Shown in pieces: positions 23,612-37,535 of a DNA stretch of 64,000 nt (position 1 is the stretch's first letter; every line of letters begins with the position of its first letter). A model generated the notes under the pieces. That model did no database searches. It was not told where the DNA came from and worked only from the letters and a program-made list of their open reading frames with translations. The DNA comes from Vicugna vicugna. Lineage: Eukaryota. The stretch is from contig MU057403.1 in the NCBI GenBank assembly GCA_013265495.1, positions 287,965 to 351,964 of the forward strand, given 5' to 3'. A program made the translations under genes and the position numbers.

Positions 23612-26340
23612 TTTTTTTTTCATTTGGCAAAGTGTTTTATTCAAAAGCTTCTCAACACCATCTAGTTGTCAGAAAGAACAGATATCCCCTTTTCATGCCC
23701 ACCCAACTCCCAATTCCAGAGGCAGAAGTTAAACCATTTGGCGAGAGTTCCCCCTAATGATTATAATTCAGATCATGATAAGGTTTGGGCTGCTCTCTCA
23801 CCCACTTCCTCTAAGCCTCTGCCTAACTCTGACTCAGGTAGAGCTGTGTTCCCCCGCAGTTCAGAACAACAGGAAGGAATCGTGTCAGTGTTGATCAACC
23901 TCCCATTCCTGGGCTATTAGAGGCACATAAAATTACCTTGAAAAAACTGAATTCAGTGACTGCCATCTAGGCAGGACAGTGACACTGTCAAGCAGCATGC
24001 AGTTCTGAGAGCTTGAATATTAGGGCACCCTCCCCCCACTCTACTCTAGGACCAAGGAGCACTAGGGCATTTTCTCTCCACACACCTCTATTGCTCATCC
24101 TCTCCTGCCACATAAAAACAGACATGGAACCAAAGTTAAACCATTTGGCGAGAGTTCCCCCTAATGATTATAATTCAGATCATGATAAGGTTTGGGCTGC
24201 TCTCTCACCCACTTCCTCTAAGCCTCTGCCTAACTCTGACTCAGGTAGAGCTGTGTTCCCCCGCAGTTCAGAACAACAGGAAGGAATCGTGTCAGTGTTG
24301 ATCAACCTCCCATTCCTGGGCTATTAGAGGCACATAAAATTACCTTGAAAAAACTGAATTCAGTGACTGCCATCTAGGCAGGACAGTGACACTGTCAAGC
24401 AGCATGCAGTTCTGAGAGCTTGAATATTAGGGCACCCTCCCCCCACTCTACTCTAGGACCAAGGAGCACTAGGGCATTTTCTCTCCACACACCTCTATTG
24501 CTCATCCTCTCCTGCCACATAAAAACAGACATGGAACCAAACCTGTTGACAGAATTAAGACAGTTACATCTGATTAAAATGGTAAGAGATCCTGAGCTGC
24601 TGGAGATGAGGAGAATAGATAGTATGACCTGATCTTTCCCTTTTTTCTTTAAGAACATTTTGTTTCAGCATAAAGCACACTTCCCCAAAGGGGTTCCTGG
24701 AAGAGAAATTCAGGGGTCTGACTGTGTCCTGTGGGAACACACAGTCACCTGGGTAACTTTGGTTTCAGGTCTGGATCTGTCCTTTGTAGCTACTTCAGGT
24801 CCCACGGGAGGAGGAAAGGCTGGGGGGCAGAGTCACTCGGCCAAAGTGGGGTCCCAGGCTGGCAGGATGATGGGCTCCTGCTCTAGCATGGCCAGCACCT
24901 CTCCAGGGACATGCTTCTTGTCCACCACCACCTCGTAAACATATTCACAGAACCACTCCTCTGTCATGCACAGGTAACCTTTATGGCCATGGTCTTCACC
25001 CCATGAATTTTCTACTCTCCATTTCAGGAAACTACCAGCCTGATCATCCTTCTCTGAGACAGCAGTGAAGGTCATGGCGTGGGTCATGAGTGACTCACCA
25101 AAAGTCAACCTCTCAGCTTTATTCATGTTCTTCATGGAGACACCAAACACTAACTCATGGTCATAGGCATTCATGTCACTGAGGCCCAGCTTGCTATTGA
25201 AGTGTTTTCCAACATCACAGCCAAACCACACAGCCTCTCCATCTTTGATGGAGGCAGCAACCATCTTTTTCAAGAAGTCAGTGGGTTGGTTGTTATATAG
25301 AGTTTTTCTCCTTCCAACCATATTGCTTAAGTAGTCCACCGTGTAAAGTTTGTTGTACTTGTGCTGGGCTGAGGGTCATTCACTAAACAAATTTTATCTT
25401 CCATGTTGAAGAGTGGCTTGACATGTTCCCTGTAAAACTGCAAGGGTGTTAGGGGGCCCATCTTCTGATAGTTTTTATCCTTGTCTCAATACTGCCAGGT
25501 GAACGTCTCTGGTGGACTACGCAAACAGATGCACACCACTCTGAGTATCTCCTCCACCATGACGTCCTGTGTGGCTGAGATCTCTCCTTTGGTTGCTCCA
25601 CTGTGTACCAGGTTCCGTAGTCATATACAGAATTCTCTCATCTTGTGATTCGGAATATCATTCATCCTTCTGGTTGCCTCTGTTGTGTAAGAGTCAGGGA
25701 AGCATTTCTTAGGGACAACACCATATTTTTCAACAATATTGACAAGCATATCCCATTGGCCACCATCATTTGCAGGATTTGTAAGCAAATACTGCACCTG
25801 CCTACCATCCTCAGGCTCCTTGTTCTGGGCTGTGTCCACAAAGGCGTTTAAGAAGAAGTAACAGTGTTCAACCTTGCCCCAGAAAAAGAGGTAAGACTGA
25901 ATAAACTCAAATTCCTCAATATTTAATTTTCTCATGAATGGACGTCTCATAACATTCCGACAAGAAAAGACCCAGCATCTCCCTGAGCTCTTCTGGTTGG
26001 TGGCTGGCTTGCCTTCCTGATGCACATTGGGCTGGAACACATGCTGCGCACCCTGGGCCGTGGCCCTCTTCAGGCAGATGCCCAGCAGGGCGTGGGTGGT
26101 GCCGACATTCTGAGCCAGGACGAACTGAGGGTCAGAATTCAGTTTCTGAAGCAGAGCAGCTACCTTCTCCGTATTCAGCCCCGCGTTGTTCACGGTGCCC
26201 ACGCTGCCCGGGTTGGAGGACGGTAGTTTTCGGGGTCCTCAGACCCGACCTGCCTCTCGCACCCCGAGCGCCGGAAAGAGGAAACCGGCTCGGTGGCGGC
26301 GGAGGGATGAGGCCGAGAGAAACGGCGTCCGCGGAGGAAC
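23612..26340 (-). pseudogene. BLMH: Full-length processed pseudogene of bleomycin hydrolase
   Basis: Intronless CDS 26193-24833 (NQKSSGRCW...THAM...ENSWG...WDPTLAE); ATG->GTG, CGA->TGA stops (25621, about 25486), 1-nt frameshift near 25365, 6-nt deletion at C-terminus; AATAAA (23636-41), poly(A) (23612-20), TSD taaaatta at 23603 and 26342. Confidence 0.95.
23726..24541. repeat. Tandem duplication, 2 x 407 bp, in BLMH retrocopy 3' UTR
   Basis: Units start at 23726 and 24133; identical by eye and give identical ORF-track peptides. Confidence 0.95.
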
Positions 26341-29300
26341 CTAAAATTATTCTTAAATCTACTTAACACTTTGTGGGGTTTTTTTGGTTTGTTTGTTTTT
26401 TGCTTTTAAGATAAGGACTGTACCAAATGGGTTTCAGACCACAGCTTTCAGAAGAGTGATCGGAGACCCCAGACTCCTTACCTTAGAGATTTTGCATCAG
26501 TGGTTGTGGGGTTAAGAAATCTGCATTTTTAGCAAGATGCTGGGCAGTTTGAAGCAGTTTAGTCCGCCTCCCTTTTGAGAAAAACCGCAATAGAGAAATC
26601 CCAGGGGGTGGATGGAGATGATGTATAAATGCCGTATCCCATTTACTTAATATAACTGAAAAAATCAGCATTACTGTGTTATTCTATTGTTTCTAGCCAA
26701 AGTGAATACCATAGTTTTAAGTTTATGCAAACAAAAAACTTGATATTTGCATAGTGTGAAGTAGGAAGACATTTTGTATGTTTTTTTAAAGCATATTTTA
26801 TAGCCATGCAGTTATCTGTCTGTTCCCTTAAGTAGTACAGAGTGTAAGACAGAGAACAGAGGTAAAATCCAGAGTAATAGTTTTTCTGGTTGTACTGAAT
26901 TTAATGATATGAAATAAATGGACATCACTGCAGTTAGAAACCATGGTAAAAGTTTAGTAGCGTTGTTAATTGAACAGAGCTAGTCTTTTCTTTTTTTGTA
27001 AATAAGCCAGACACACACATGCGCACGTTTCTTGGAAAGGACTATATTAAAGATGGTGAAAAATATGTGTGCTCCTGTTTTTGAGAAATACACACAACAG
27101 AAAATAATTATAATTTGCCCGAGTGATTTATAATTTAATCATCAGTTGGCTAAAATAGGTTTGTGGCTAAATTAATATGTCCAGAAGCTAGTTTTATTGG
27201 GTATACTTTGAACTTTATTAAAACCTTGATGACAGAAACTAATCTTAAGAACTGAGGAAATTGAAAGATTAATTTACATTAAATGTACTCAAGAAGAAAA
27301 AATGACTCAACCAGTTTTCAGCTGGAAGAATGTTGATTTTTGAGCATCAAATAATTTTTTTCAAAGCTACTGCTTTATTTGTGTCTTGTATGCATAAGCA
27401 TTTGCTCTAAAATCTGGTTCTGCTTTTTTGTTTCAGCTCCAAAAGCAACATATATGAGATAATTTATAGACACTGATTTTGTAGCATTAAAAAGGTACTA
27501 CTGTTTTAAGGAAAAGTAAAATTCTAGAAAGTTCATAACTTCAGGATAATTTCTTTTTGCAAAGAAATGCTTCTGCAAATACTGTATGTGGTAGATGGTA
27601 TGATCAACTATGTGCTAGGTAGCAAAGTCAGATATGAGCAGAGCTAGCAAAAAAAAAAACAGGCCTTTAAAAACAGTTTTGCGAAAATGCTGGTTATTTT
27701 ACAGGTGATACATATTCATAGTTATGAAGTTTTTGGCCCCGAAAAATTCCTAATGATGTGCTTATGGAATTACCTGCTTTCTGTAAATGCATTCAGCCAG
27801 TTTTGGAAAAAAATATTCTAAAATATTCCCTGTGAATTAACTTTAGTTGTATAGATACTTTGGAAACACTCACTTGGTGTGCTCATTTTTAAATGTGTTT
27901 TGTTGAGTAAGCATTAGAAAGGAGAAAAGAAGTCGTTACGACATTTATTTTAAGCTTTGGTGGAATTAAGGCTGAGTTGTTTTAGTACTAATTTTAGTCT
28001 TCTAGTGAATGAAATGGATTAAAGCTATAAATGTTTCTTTAGGAGGAAAGTGTACATAGATTTATTTCTCGATAAATACTAACAAAATTATAAACAGTGC
28101 CTTTGAGTATTACTATCAGATTCTGATGACAGGTATTTTTAAATTCTCTCATCAGTCACATTCAGTGGTGGAATGATGACACGTGTAATGGTTAAGAACT
28201 GGAGCCTGGGAAGGAAACCAGTCTAGGTTTAGGGAAAACTACTTAATTTTCTTAAGCTTCTGAGTCCTCATCCGTAAACTGGGGTAGGAAGTTGTCTGAA
28301 TTGCAAATGAGATAACATCTATAACTATTTAGCACAGAGCTTGGCAAATATAAACGCTCAATGAATGTTAGTTGGTATTGCTGACAGTTTGCTCTCAATG
28401 GTTTTATAATAACTATGTTGTGCTGGGTGAAATTTCTGAAGTCGTACCAAACCCACTTATGTCTGGGATAGAGTTTAATGTCACTGTCACATAATTGTCT
28501 TGGGTAAAATTTTCTTTTCCTATATTTTTTCCATTTTTTTCTGATTTGGAAGATTGCGTATATGTAGTTATTTTTCTTATCTTGAATTAGAAGTAGGGGG
28601 CTGTCATTTCATTTAATAGTAGGACAGTAGGAAGAAGCTACCTAGACACTGGTCTCTTTCAGAGTGTGTGTGGTATCTTGATGGCTGGGTCTTTTGAACG
28701 TGAATATTTCAGATAAAGCAGAAGCTGTAATGATTTATTTTCCAGCCTGGCCACCTGGCAGGGAAGGAGGGTGGGGCTCTGAGTCACTGAGGGGATGTGA
28801 CCACTGTCTTCACAACAGAAGATATTTTTAGAGAATTCTCCTGCATTAGGATGATATTAATAATTTGTATGTACAGTGTTAATGGAAGAATATGAAAGTT
28901 TTCTAGGTTCCTCAAATGAAGAGTTCCTTAATCAGAATATGATGAAATAATTTTGTTCAGAAATGCCTCATCAGTCAGCCATTATTCGCAATAAGAGGAT
29001 TGACCAAAAACCTTAAGCTCATCTTAAGTCCCCATTTTAAAAAATTAGATATAAATCTCTGACTTCCTAAATGGTGTGCAAAATCTAGATTATAAATTAT
29101 CTTCTCTCATTTCTAATCTGAAAAGCCTAGATGACCTAATTGGTTAGAGTTGACTGAAGTCATATGGCCCAGCTGTTCTGGTTTCAGATGAGTCAAGTTT
29201 ACTGGTTTTAGAGAGAACATGGCAGCTTCCGTTGGCTGTTTCAGAAAGGTCAAAATTCAAACCACACAGAATGACCTAAGATAAAAAAGTCTTAGCTTTC

Positions 29301-29414
29301 TCTTTACTTTTCCCCTTTGTTCTGATAACAACAGGCATTAATAAGAGTTTGGTATCTTTTTAGATCCTTAGATCCTTATAAACACGCGTTTATTCTTTCT
29401 CTTCCCCTTTATGT

Positions 29415-29417
<3 letters not shown>

Positions 29418-29447
<30 letters not shown>
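29418..29447. repeat. (CA)15 microsatellite
   Basis: Read directly. Confidence 0.95.
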
Positions 29448-29449
<2 letters not shown>

Positions 29450-31868
29450 TCATTCTATAAATGGAAATAGCCTATACATTTTGTATGATTTTGCTCACAT
29501 GTCTTGGTGATTCATGTGTGTACCCACATAATAGGTGCATGCTATTTCTTAATATGTCTTTCTCCACTGATGGACATTTTTGTTTACAATTTATAATCGT
29601 AGGTACTCAAAAATAACAGATGGTAATGATGATCATAGTAATATCAATATGTAACACATTGGAATTTATTGTGTACCAGGCCATGTGTTAATTTATCTCA
29701 TTTAAAAATAACAACCACTTGAGTTATTCATATTATAATAAATATTTCAATAATGAAGGATCAGTCTCCGAGAAGTGAAGTAACAGCGCCTTTGTGCCTT
29801 TGTACAGATGTATACGTGCAAGAAAGACTTGTAGGTGTAAACCTGTTAGGTTAAAGAGAACACTCACTTTAAATTCTGGTAGATACTACTAAATTGTGTC
29901 CCCAAAGAGCTGTAACTCAGTTTAATCCCAGCAGCAAGGCATGGAAGCACCTGTTTCCTCGCAGTCTTACTTTTGTAAAATCTTTGAAATGTAACGCTTG
30001 TCTGTAAATCTTTTACTTTTTTCCCATTTATGTTTACCTGATTATTTACATTGAACATGTTTTCAGGTATTTGTTGGTAATTTGTGTTTTCCTGTGAGTG
30101 GTCCTTTCATGTGGCTTGCCTACAGTGCTGTTGAGCTCTTAGTCATTTTTATTAATTTGGAAGTGCAAATGTATATTATTTATGTGTATTATTTGTACAT
30201 ATGTTCCTTTCCATAACATGCTTATATTTAGCTTGTTTGTGATGGCTTTTGTCTTATAGGAGACAAATTTTTATGTACAAATCTGCCAATTTTTCCCTTT
30301 GATTATATGTTTTGCTTTAAAGACTTAGACACCTCAAAATCTTAAGTACATTTTCTTTAATTTTCTTATTCTTCTGTGGCTCATATAACTTATTTGACAT
30401 TTTGACTGTTATGGTGTAAGGTTGGGTAAGAATCTAATTTTTCTTTTACCTGCATGAATCTCAAATTATTCTAACAGGATTTGTTGAACAAGACCTTCCT
30501 TCCTCTCACCATAGTGGAATATTGCCTGTGATGTAAGTCAGGGAACTGTTCGTTTCAGCGTTACTTGAGTATACTATTATGAGACAAAAGAGAAGACCCT
30601 CGCACTTGTCACATGTGGAGGTGATTTGCGTGTTTCGATTTCCAGTCTTTCCTCTATTTTTGTCTCTGTGTCCCTTCAAGCACAAGCGTGAATCTGCTTT
30701 CATTATGAAATGGAATTTTTTTTTTTGGGCGGAGGTATGGTTTGTGTCTGAGCTATCACTAGCGGTGCTGTTGGCTAGAAATGCCTGCGGCGCTCACCTG
30801 GGCCCGGACTACCTCTAGGGGCCCTGTCGACACTTCACAGACTGGAGCCAGTCTTGTGATGTCATGGCTGGTCCAGCCCTTGTGATTCTTGTTAGGATTA
30901 TAAGGCACACCTCAGCAGCTACCATCAGGGAACTTCGGAAAATCAAGGTTTATGACTCCAGGGTCCTGGAGAGTACCTGGACACGCCCCATGGGCACACA
31001 GCAAGGTCATAGGCAGACAGCACGAACTTGACGTTCTGCTTTTCTGGGGTTGAGGATGGGCTATCTAGGGTTTCTCAGACTTTTATTGGTGAATTTAAAA
31101 TGTGTAAGAGCCAGGAATTAAAGCACAGAAAGGGAAAAGCGGGGTCACTCGGGACTTTGGAAAAGGGGAGCTTTATGGAGGAGGGCCTGACTGTCCAGTT
31201 GTGTATGTGGCAATGCGTTTCTTTGAGGTAGATGTCTTTGAAATAGATGCTTCAGCAACCAAAAGCTTAATATCAGACACTTATGTTACAATTAAAAAAA
31301 AACCAACTTTGCACTATGAGATGAAATAGGAAGAATCCATTATGATCTACTTGTGGGTTATTTTTTCTCCTTGGAAGGTCAGGCTTCAGTAAGAAACGGT
31401 GTTTTGGGGGCCACTTGTGAATCTAGAGAGGAAAGAGCTACCTATATTCTAAAATCTCTTACCTTTTTGTGAGTGGTCAAGAAATTCTTTTGTGGGACAC
31501 ACAGCATCTTAATCTAGAGCTAGCCATATGGTAGAAGTTTTTTTTTTTAAAGAATATGATTTTAAAATGAAGCTCCCTATGTAAAAAGTCCCCAAGATGT
31601 ATTACTAATGTTGGAAATAGCAAAGGGGTGGACTCATGTGTATAAAATGCATGTTTTGTTTAAAAAGTGGGAAGAGAAGAAACCTAATGTATACTTGTAT
31701 GAATATACAGAAATTCCAGACTGATATCTAACAAAATAAGGATGTTTTTTACCCACTGGGGACAGAGATGGGAGTGGAATTGGCCAGGTGTGGAACAAAA
31801 TAGTAGACTTATCGTTGGTGACAATTCTAAACTTTCTGTTTGTGAACCATGTGAAAATATTAACTATT

Positions 31869-31870
31869 AC

Positions 31871-31910
<40 letters not shown>

Positions 31911-31914
31911 TTTA
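31869..31914. repeat. (TA)n microsatellite plus poly(T)
   Basis: Read directly. Confidence 0.9.
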
Positions 31915-32094
31915 GGAGGGAGTGGTCAGTAATCAAATACAGCAAGGGTTTCAGTAAGGCGAGAATGGTGTCTATCATGTTTCCCAGTGATTTGCGACAT
32001 TATGACTTTGACCAGAACAGATCTGGGAAAGAGTTAGTGGCCAAAGCAGGACTGTATGTAGTGGATTGAAATGTGGTTGGGAAGTATTTTTATT

Positions 32095-32602
32095 ATATGT
32101 TACTGAGTTAAGAAACCACCCCAAAACTTAGGGGCTCAAAACAACAGTCATTTTACTCCCCCACCAGCCTGAGTTGACTGGGCTCAGCTGGGTAGTTTCT
32201 TTGCTTCATGAAGTCTCGGCTGCGGCTGTACCACCTGGGGACTCAGCTGGGTTAGAGCATCCACAGTGACTCACAGGTGGCTGGCGTTTGATGCTGGCTG
32301 TCACCCAGAAGCTGAACTGGGGCCCTCACCTGGCTTTCCTGGGCATGGACTTTCTGTCTGATCTTGGCTTCTCCAGTGTAGCTGGGTTCAGGGAGGAAGG
32401 AAGTCCCCAGAGGAAGGAGGGGAAGCTGTCCTCATGAAAGACCCAGAACTGGTCCAGTGGTCCAGCACCACTTGCTGGAGAACAGCATTCTGTTGTTCAG
32501 GCAGACCCAAGACAAGCCCAGACTCAAAGGGATGGGACGTTGAAGCCTCATTCTGATGGGGAGAGTGATGGATCTTTTATATGCATCTTTAATCAGTCAC
32601 AG
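32095..32602 (-). mobile_element. MaLR (MLT1-like) solo LTR
   Basis: aaaccaccccaaaacttaggggctcaaaacaaca...gactgggctcagctggg...agcccagactcaa motifs. Confidence 0.65.
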
Positions 32603-33444
32603 GAAGCAAGCTTTGGCTAGAAATTAATCACAACTGAAATGTCCACTGCACAACGCATATTAAAAAAAAATCCTAGCTGAGAGAATGACAAACTTATATG
32701 AAGAAAGTTAAGATCATAACTCCAAACAAGTGTGAATGCCCCGCCCTCCGGGGACCAGGGAGGAGCATCAGTAACAGGTTACTTCGTCCAAAATGTTTGG
32801 GTAACTAGAAAAAGTGTGTTCAGTGTGTTTTGCTTTGAAATATTATCCTCTGCTTACCTTGAAGGGAAATAACAAACCATCCCAGGCAATCTGCTTCTGC
32901 ATTTATTTCACAGTGTGGATAGTATCATCTACATAAACTCTGTGAAGATTTTTTTGTTGTTGCTCCAAATCCTCATGCTAGGAAATCTTTATTTTCTGTG
33001 AAGAACTGATATGATTGTTTCTTATAGTCAATACAAAACTGATTATAAAGAACATCAGAAAAAGGTACAGGTCAAATTTAATGATACTGTAGCATATGAC
33101 CTGCATAAATTTACATGTTGACACACTTTAGTGCTGATTCTCTATACTGGCTCTATGTTCTGAGAGGTTAATTACTATCTGTTTCTCTTCCAGTTTAATG
33201 TGTGGTCCTTATAAATCTTATAAAATCTTTTGTAAAATAAAGTAGAGAATACTTGAATGAACGAAACAAACAACAACAAAAACACTATTATGCTGATAAG
33301 AGACAGAATATCTTAAATTTACATCCTAATGATGGAAAGCAAGAATTTGTTTAATAGAAAGGCCAGAGCCAGAGAATATTGAGTCTAAACATCTGAAGAA
33401 AACGCAAAGGAATTAGAAAGGGGATACTGGAGGTCCAAAAGGTA

Positions 33445-33692
33445 CTTTTTTTTTTTCAAATTGAAGTATATTTGATTTACAATGTTGTGTTAATTTCAGG
33501 TGTACAGCAAAGTGGTTCAGTTATATATACATATATATAAAACATATATATTCTTTTTCAGTATAGATTATTACAAGATATTGAATATAGTTCCCTGTGC
33601 TATACAGTGGGTCCTCGTTGTTCATCTCCTTTATATATAGTACTGTGTATATGGTAATTCCAAACTCCTAATTTATCACCAGCCCCACCCCA
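33445..33692 (-). mobile_element. Cetartiodactyl-type L1 3' end
   Basis: poly(T), ttgaagtatatttgatttacaatgttgtg...ccaaactcctaatttatc. Confidence 0.8.
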
Positions 33693-33934
33693 CTGTTATG
33701 TTTTCAATTCAGCTTTATTCTGGTGGTCCTGGATAGTGAAATACAGGGTGAGGGGGAAAGTATATGGATGAGCAAGAAAGAAACAAAGCTGTCATTCTTC
33801 ACAGATGTTGCTGCAGAAATTCAGACAACAGATGATGTACTTCTGGTTATCAGGAACATAGGAGAAGGATGGTGGTAATCATGATTGCAGAACCAGAAAT
33901 GTTAAGTGACAAAGTGAAAGGTGACATTCTGGTT

Positions 33935-34505
33935 TGTAATGGAGACTTGTAGTCAGCCCCTAAATCTGTTCTCCTCTTATAGTAATTGAACCCTTGAGTT
34001 ACAACTCACCACTGAGACTAGAGAGCTCTTCCAGTGTCCGTCACAGCTAGGCGTGCCTGTGTGACTAAGTTCTGGGTAATGATGTTCAAGAAGTGACATG
34101 TTTAGCTTCCAGTAAGCGTGCTCTTACTGGAATGTGGATGCGGGGCAGCAATTCATCTTGGAGCATGATGCATCTCGGGACTCCCTAGGAAGAGTAGGGC
34201 AAGAGGAAAAAGGAGCATGGATCTCTCCCATCACGGAGCAGTCGTGGGACTGCTGGCAACAGCTGTGCAGTTGGACAGACACTAGCAAAGTGGGCAGAGA
34301 CCACAGTGTGCCTGGGACCCCACAGAGTGGTACAACAAGCATTAGGAGAAAGGGGGATCCTACACAACCATATCCAGTATCCCAGAGTCACCGGCCCAGT
34401 AGGCTCCACCCAAGGAGTGGGTCTGGTGAAGCTTACACCTGGACTCTTTAAACTACTGTTCCTTGGAGTCTTTGCTACAGCTTCTGAACCTCCAATGCAA
34501 GTGAC
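33935..34505 (+). mobile_element. ERVL-type (LTR16-like) solo LTR remnant, probably interrupted
   Basis: acagctagg...tgtgactaagttctgg...ggagcatggatctct...tttgctacagc motifs. Confidence 0.45.
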
Positions 34506-34673
34506 ACAAGATTCTAAATCAAGGAGAGGTTGTAGTGTCCTTTAGCAGAGAACGGAAGTCGAACAGAGTGGTAGCCAAGGGGCAAGGTGAATTTCACACT
34601 CTTCGAGTGAATGCTGTGTGCAAAGATCTACGGTAAGCGCTGGTGGGATATAAATAAAGGACAGTTCCTGCTC

Positions 34674-34880
34674 CCCCAGGAACCTAGAATCTAGTGAGGA
34701 AAAACACATTTATAAGTTCTGATAACCTTAGGGAATAGAACCCTCAAGGAATTTATAATCTAGTGAAAAAAGATATTTATACCAATAGTTTTAATACATA
34801 GGAGTGAAGTGTGGCTTTGAGGGCAACAATCTAGCAGGAAAAGACATTTATGCCAATAATATTAATGCAGCAGTGAAGTG
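34674..34880. repeat. Degenerate triplication of an about 70-bp unit
   Basis: aatctag-x-aaaa-x-atttat recurs at 34688, 34757 and 34828. Confidence 0.7.
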
Positions 34881-36819
34881 GGTACTGGAGGCTTTCCTGA
34901 TATTAAGCGCACTATAACTAGCTTCCAGTTCCCAAATCACGGCGTTCATCAGTTTTCCCTAAAGACATCTTTAAGTTATGAGATAAAATTCTCATTTTTC
35001 TATTTCAGTGTCCTTAAACATCTGGCTTTCTGCAGCACATAAGCAGTTTGCCCAGTGTATTTTAAAGAATTTTTTTCTCAGTGAAAGAAGAAGAAAAATC
35101 AATATTGTTTTATTTGCACACAAAAAGGAAAAAAAAAAACAGACTTGGCCTCAGAGGAACAAAACATCTAATTTGCTTTGCAGTGTTTTCTAAATATCAC
35201 TCCAGAGAGGCTTATGTTTATGGAGAATATCTGACTATGACCTTTAAAACAACTTACGTTGTTTTGGTGGTTTTGTTCTAAACAGACTCTGATAATAATG
35301 ATGTCCAAGAAAAGGAAATGCATTGAAAAAATTACGTGTTTGTGTACTGGTTGTGTGTGGGTGGGGACCAACCCAACATTCTGCGGATCTTTTCTCAATA
35401 TTAAGACTGTTCTCACTGCGGTAGCAATTTGCTATTTAAGCCTACTATGGATATTTATTGAGGATCTATTCTGAGCAGAGCTCTGATAGATGCTGGAGAG
35501 ATGTGGATAATAAAACAAATTCTGCATTCTCATACAGTAGGTCAATGTCCAAAAGGAGCTATAGAAATACATACACATAAACAACCAATACAGAGTGCTA
35601 AGTAGAGACCCAAGGAAGGGTGAGTGTGTTGGGGAGGAAAATATTAATTCTTTTTCTTTCATATTCAAAAAAATATTATTTACAGGAAGGGGTGTGGTTG
35701 GAATTTGAGTCTCAGGCTGTAGTTTGCTAATTCTGTTCCAGAAGAAAGGATACTGGTGAGGAAGTTCTCTTTTGGATGACAAAGGACAAACAGAAGTGCC
35801 TTAGGTCAGTCTCCTTTCTTCCCTGGGTAGTTCAGTTTGTTCTTTTAAGACAGTATTTTCCTCTAAGAGTTCATTACCAGCCTAAAAGTCATTGTCATGG
35901 GAATCTGTGTCCAACTGTTACGGCTATTCTGGTCCATGAAGAAGAGATTGTGGAACACAGTTCTTTGCCTGTGTTGGAGATAGGGTAAGGAGAGAGACCA
36001 CCGTCTCATTCTCCACCTGGCTCCCGTCTGCCAGGAGGCTTGCTGGTCAGCATCCCAGAGCTTAGGAGCAAATCTTCATCCATCCTGTGTACCAGGGAAA
36101 AGATGAATTCTTCCTGGGTGAAGCTTCACGGCTTCATTGGAATGACGGGCGTTAAGGATGGGAAACATTCCAGCATGCACAGTTAGAAGTGAGTTTGGGG
36201 CTGGGGCAGGTGTGGAAAGGGTGGGTGTGCAAACCAATAAAACTAAGAGGCCAGGAGCATATACAACAAAAACAATGGGCATGTGGTGGGCTATGTAATA
36301 AGACACAGGGCTAGAAAAGCCCACCGAGTGAGTTCCTGCCCCGTGCAGAGGCATGGTCTTGATTCAGCGGACAAAGACCATGAGAGGTTTTTGGACATGG
36401 CTGTGACAACTCCACCTGTGTTCTCATCATTATGGGAGGAACTGGAGGCATCAAAGACTGAAGGCTGGAGGCCAGTTAGGAGGCTGCTGCCTTATTCAAG
36501 CAAGAAGCACTGAGAGGTTTGACTGAGGGAACATGAGAGAAAAAGCAAAGGAGGATGAGACTTTGAGATGTCAAGAGAGAAGCTCCAGGATTTGGTGACT
36601 GGGGAGAGAAGGAAGGGGAGAATGTACACCCTCAGATAGTCCTGCGACTTTTGAGCATATAATTTATAGATATGATCTTATCATCTAACGTGAAAATAAA
36701 TACAGAAGACATTGTTTATATTTCCCACAAAGGTACACATTACTGGAATCCCACAAACCAGTAAATTGCGGAATCTATTCCCCACACCTTGCAGTCATCA
36801 CCTGCGTACTGAGCTCTCA

Positions 36820-37535
36820 TCACAATTTGTTGCCTTGAACTTCAAAGTATATCCAGAATACAAACATTTCATATCTCTACTGCTGATACCATTTTGGGTT
36901 TGGCCACCTTTTTTTTTTTTTTTTGGCCTATCTTGTCACTGCAGTCTCCTGGCTGTTTGCATCCCTGGCTCCCTGTAGTCTGCTCTTAACAGGGCAGTCA
37001 GTTATCTTGAAAACAAAAGTGAGACCGTGTCATCCCACTTCACAGAATCTTCCAGTTACTCACCACTTTGCTCAGAGTAAAAGCCAAAGTTCTAACTATA
37101 GCCTACAAACCCTCCATAACCTCACCCCCAACCCACCCTGGCCTTCTGCCTCATTTTTCTTTGCTGCAGCCACACTTGATACCTTGCTGTGTCTGGAAAA
37201 TGCCGTTCAGGCTCCTGCCTCAGGGCCATTGCACCTGCTGTTACCCTTCCCTTTAGGTTTTGCTCAGAATATCACTTTATCAGAGGAGCCATCCCTGACT
37301 ACCCTATGGAGTGGCAACTCTGCCCTCCACTGCATTCTCCTTCCACTAGACTCTAGCTTAGTTTTTTTCATAACTCTTGGCAAAATCCATACCTGTGTAG
37401 TTTGCATCTCCCCCTATATGGAAGGTAAATTCCACGAGGACAGGTTTATTAGTCTTTTTCTTTTCTTTCCTTGCTACATTTCACCTAGAAGAGCTTGGCA
37501 TAGAGCTGGTATTGAAATATTTATTGAATGAATGG
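36820..37535 (+). mobile_element. L2 LINE 3' region
   Basis: ctcagagtaaaagccaaagt...ctcctgcctcagggccattgcac...ending attgaatgaatg. Confidence 0.8.

Noticed and set aside
23666..24632. Repeated short ORFs with identical peptides
   Set aside because: By-product of the 407-bp duplication, antisense to a retrocopied 3' UTR
24833..26202. Functional BLMH retrogene
   Set aside because: Start codon lost, two nonsense codons and a frameshift separate the catalytic Cys from His/Asn
36923..37531. 202-aa ORF
   Set aside because: Lies within an L2 remnant, has no ATG start and no recognisable domain
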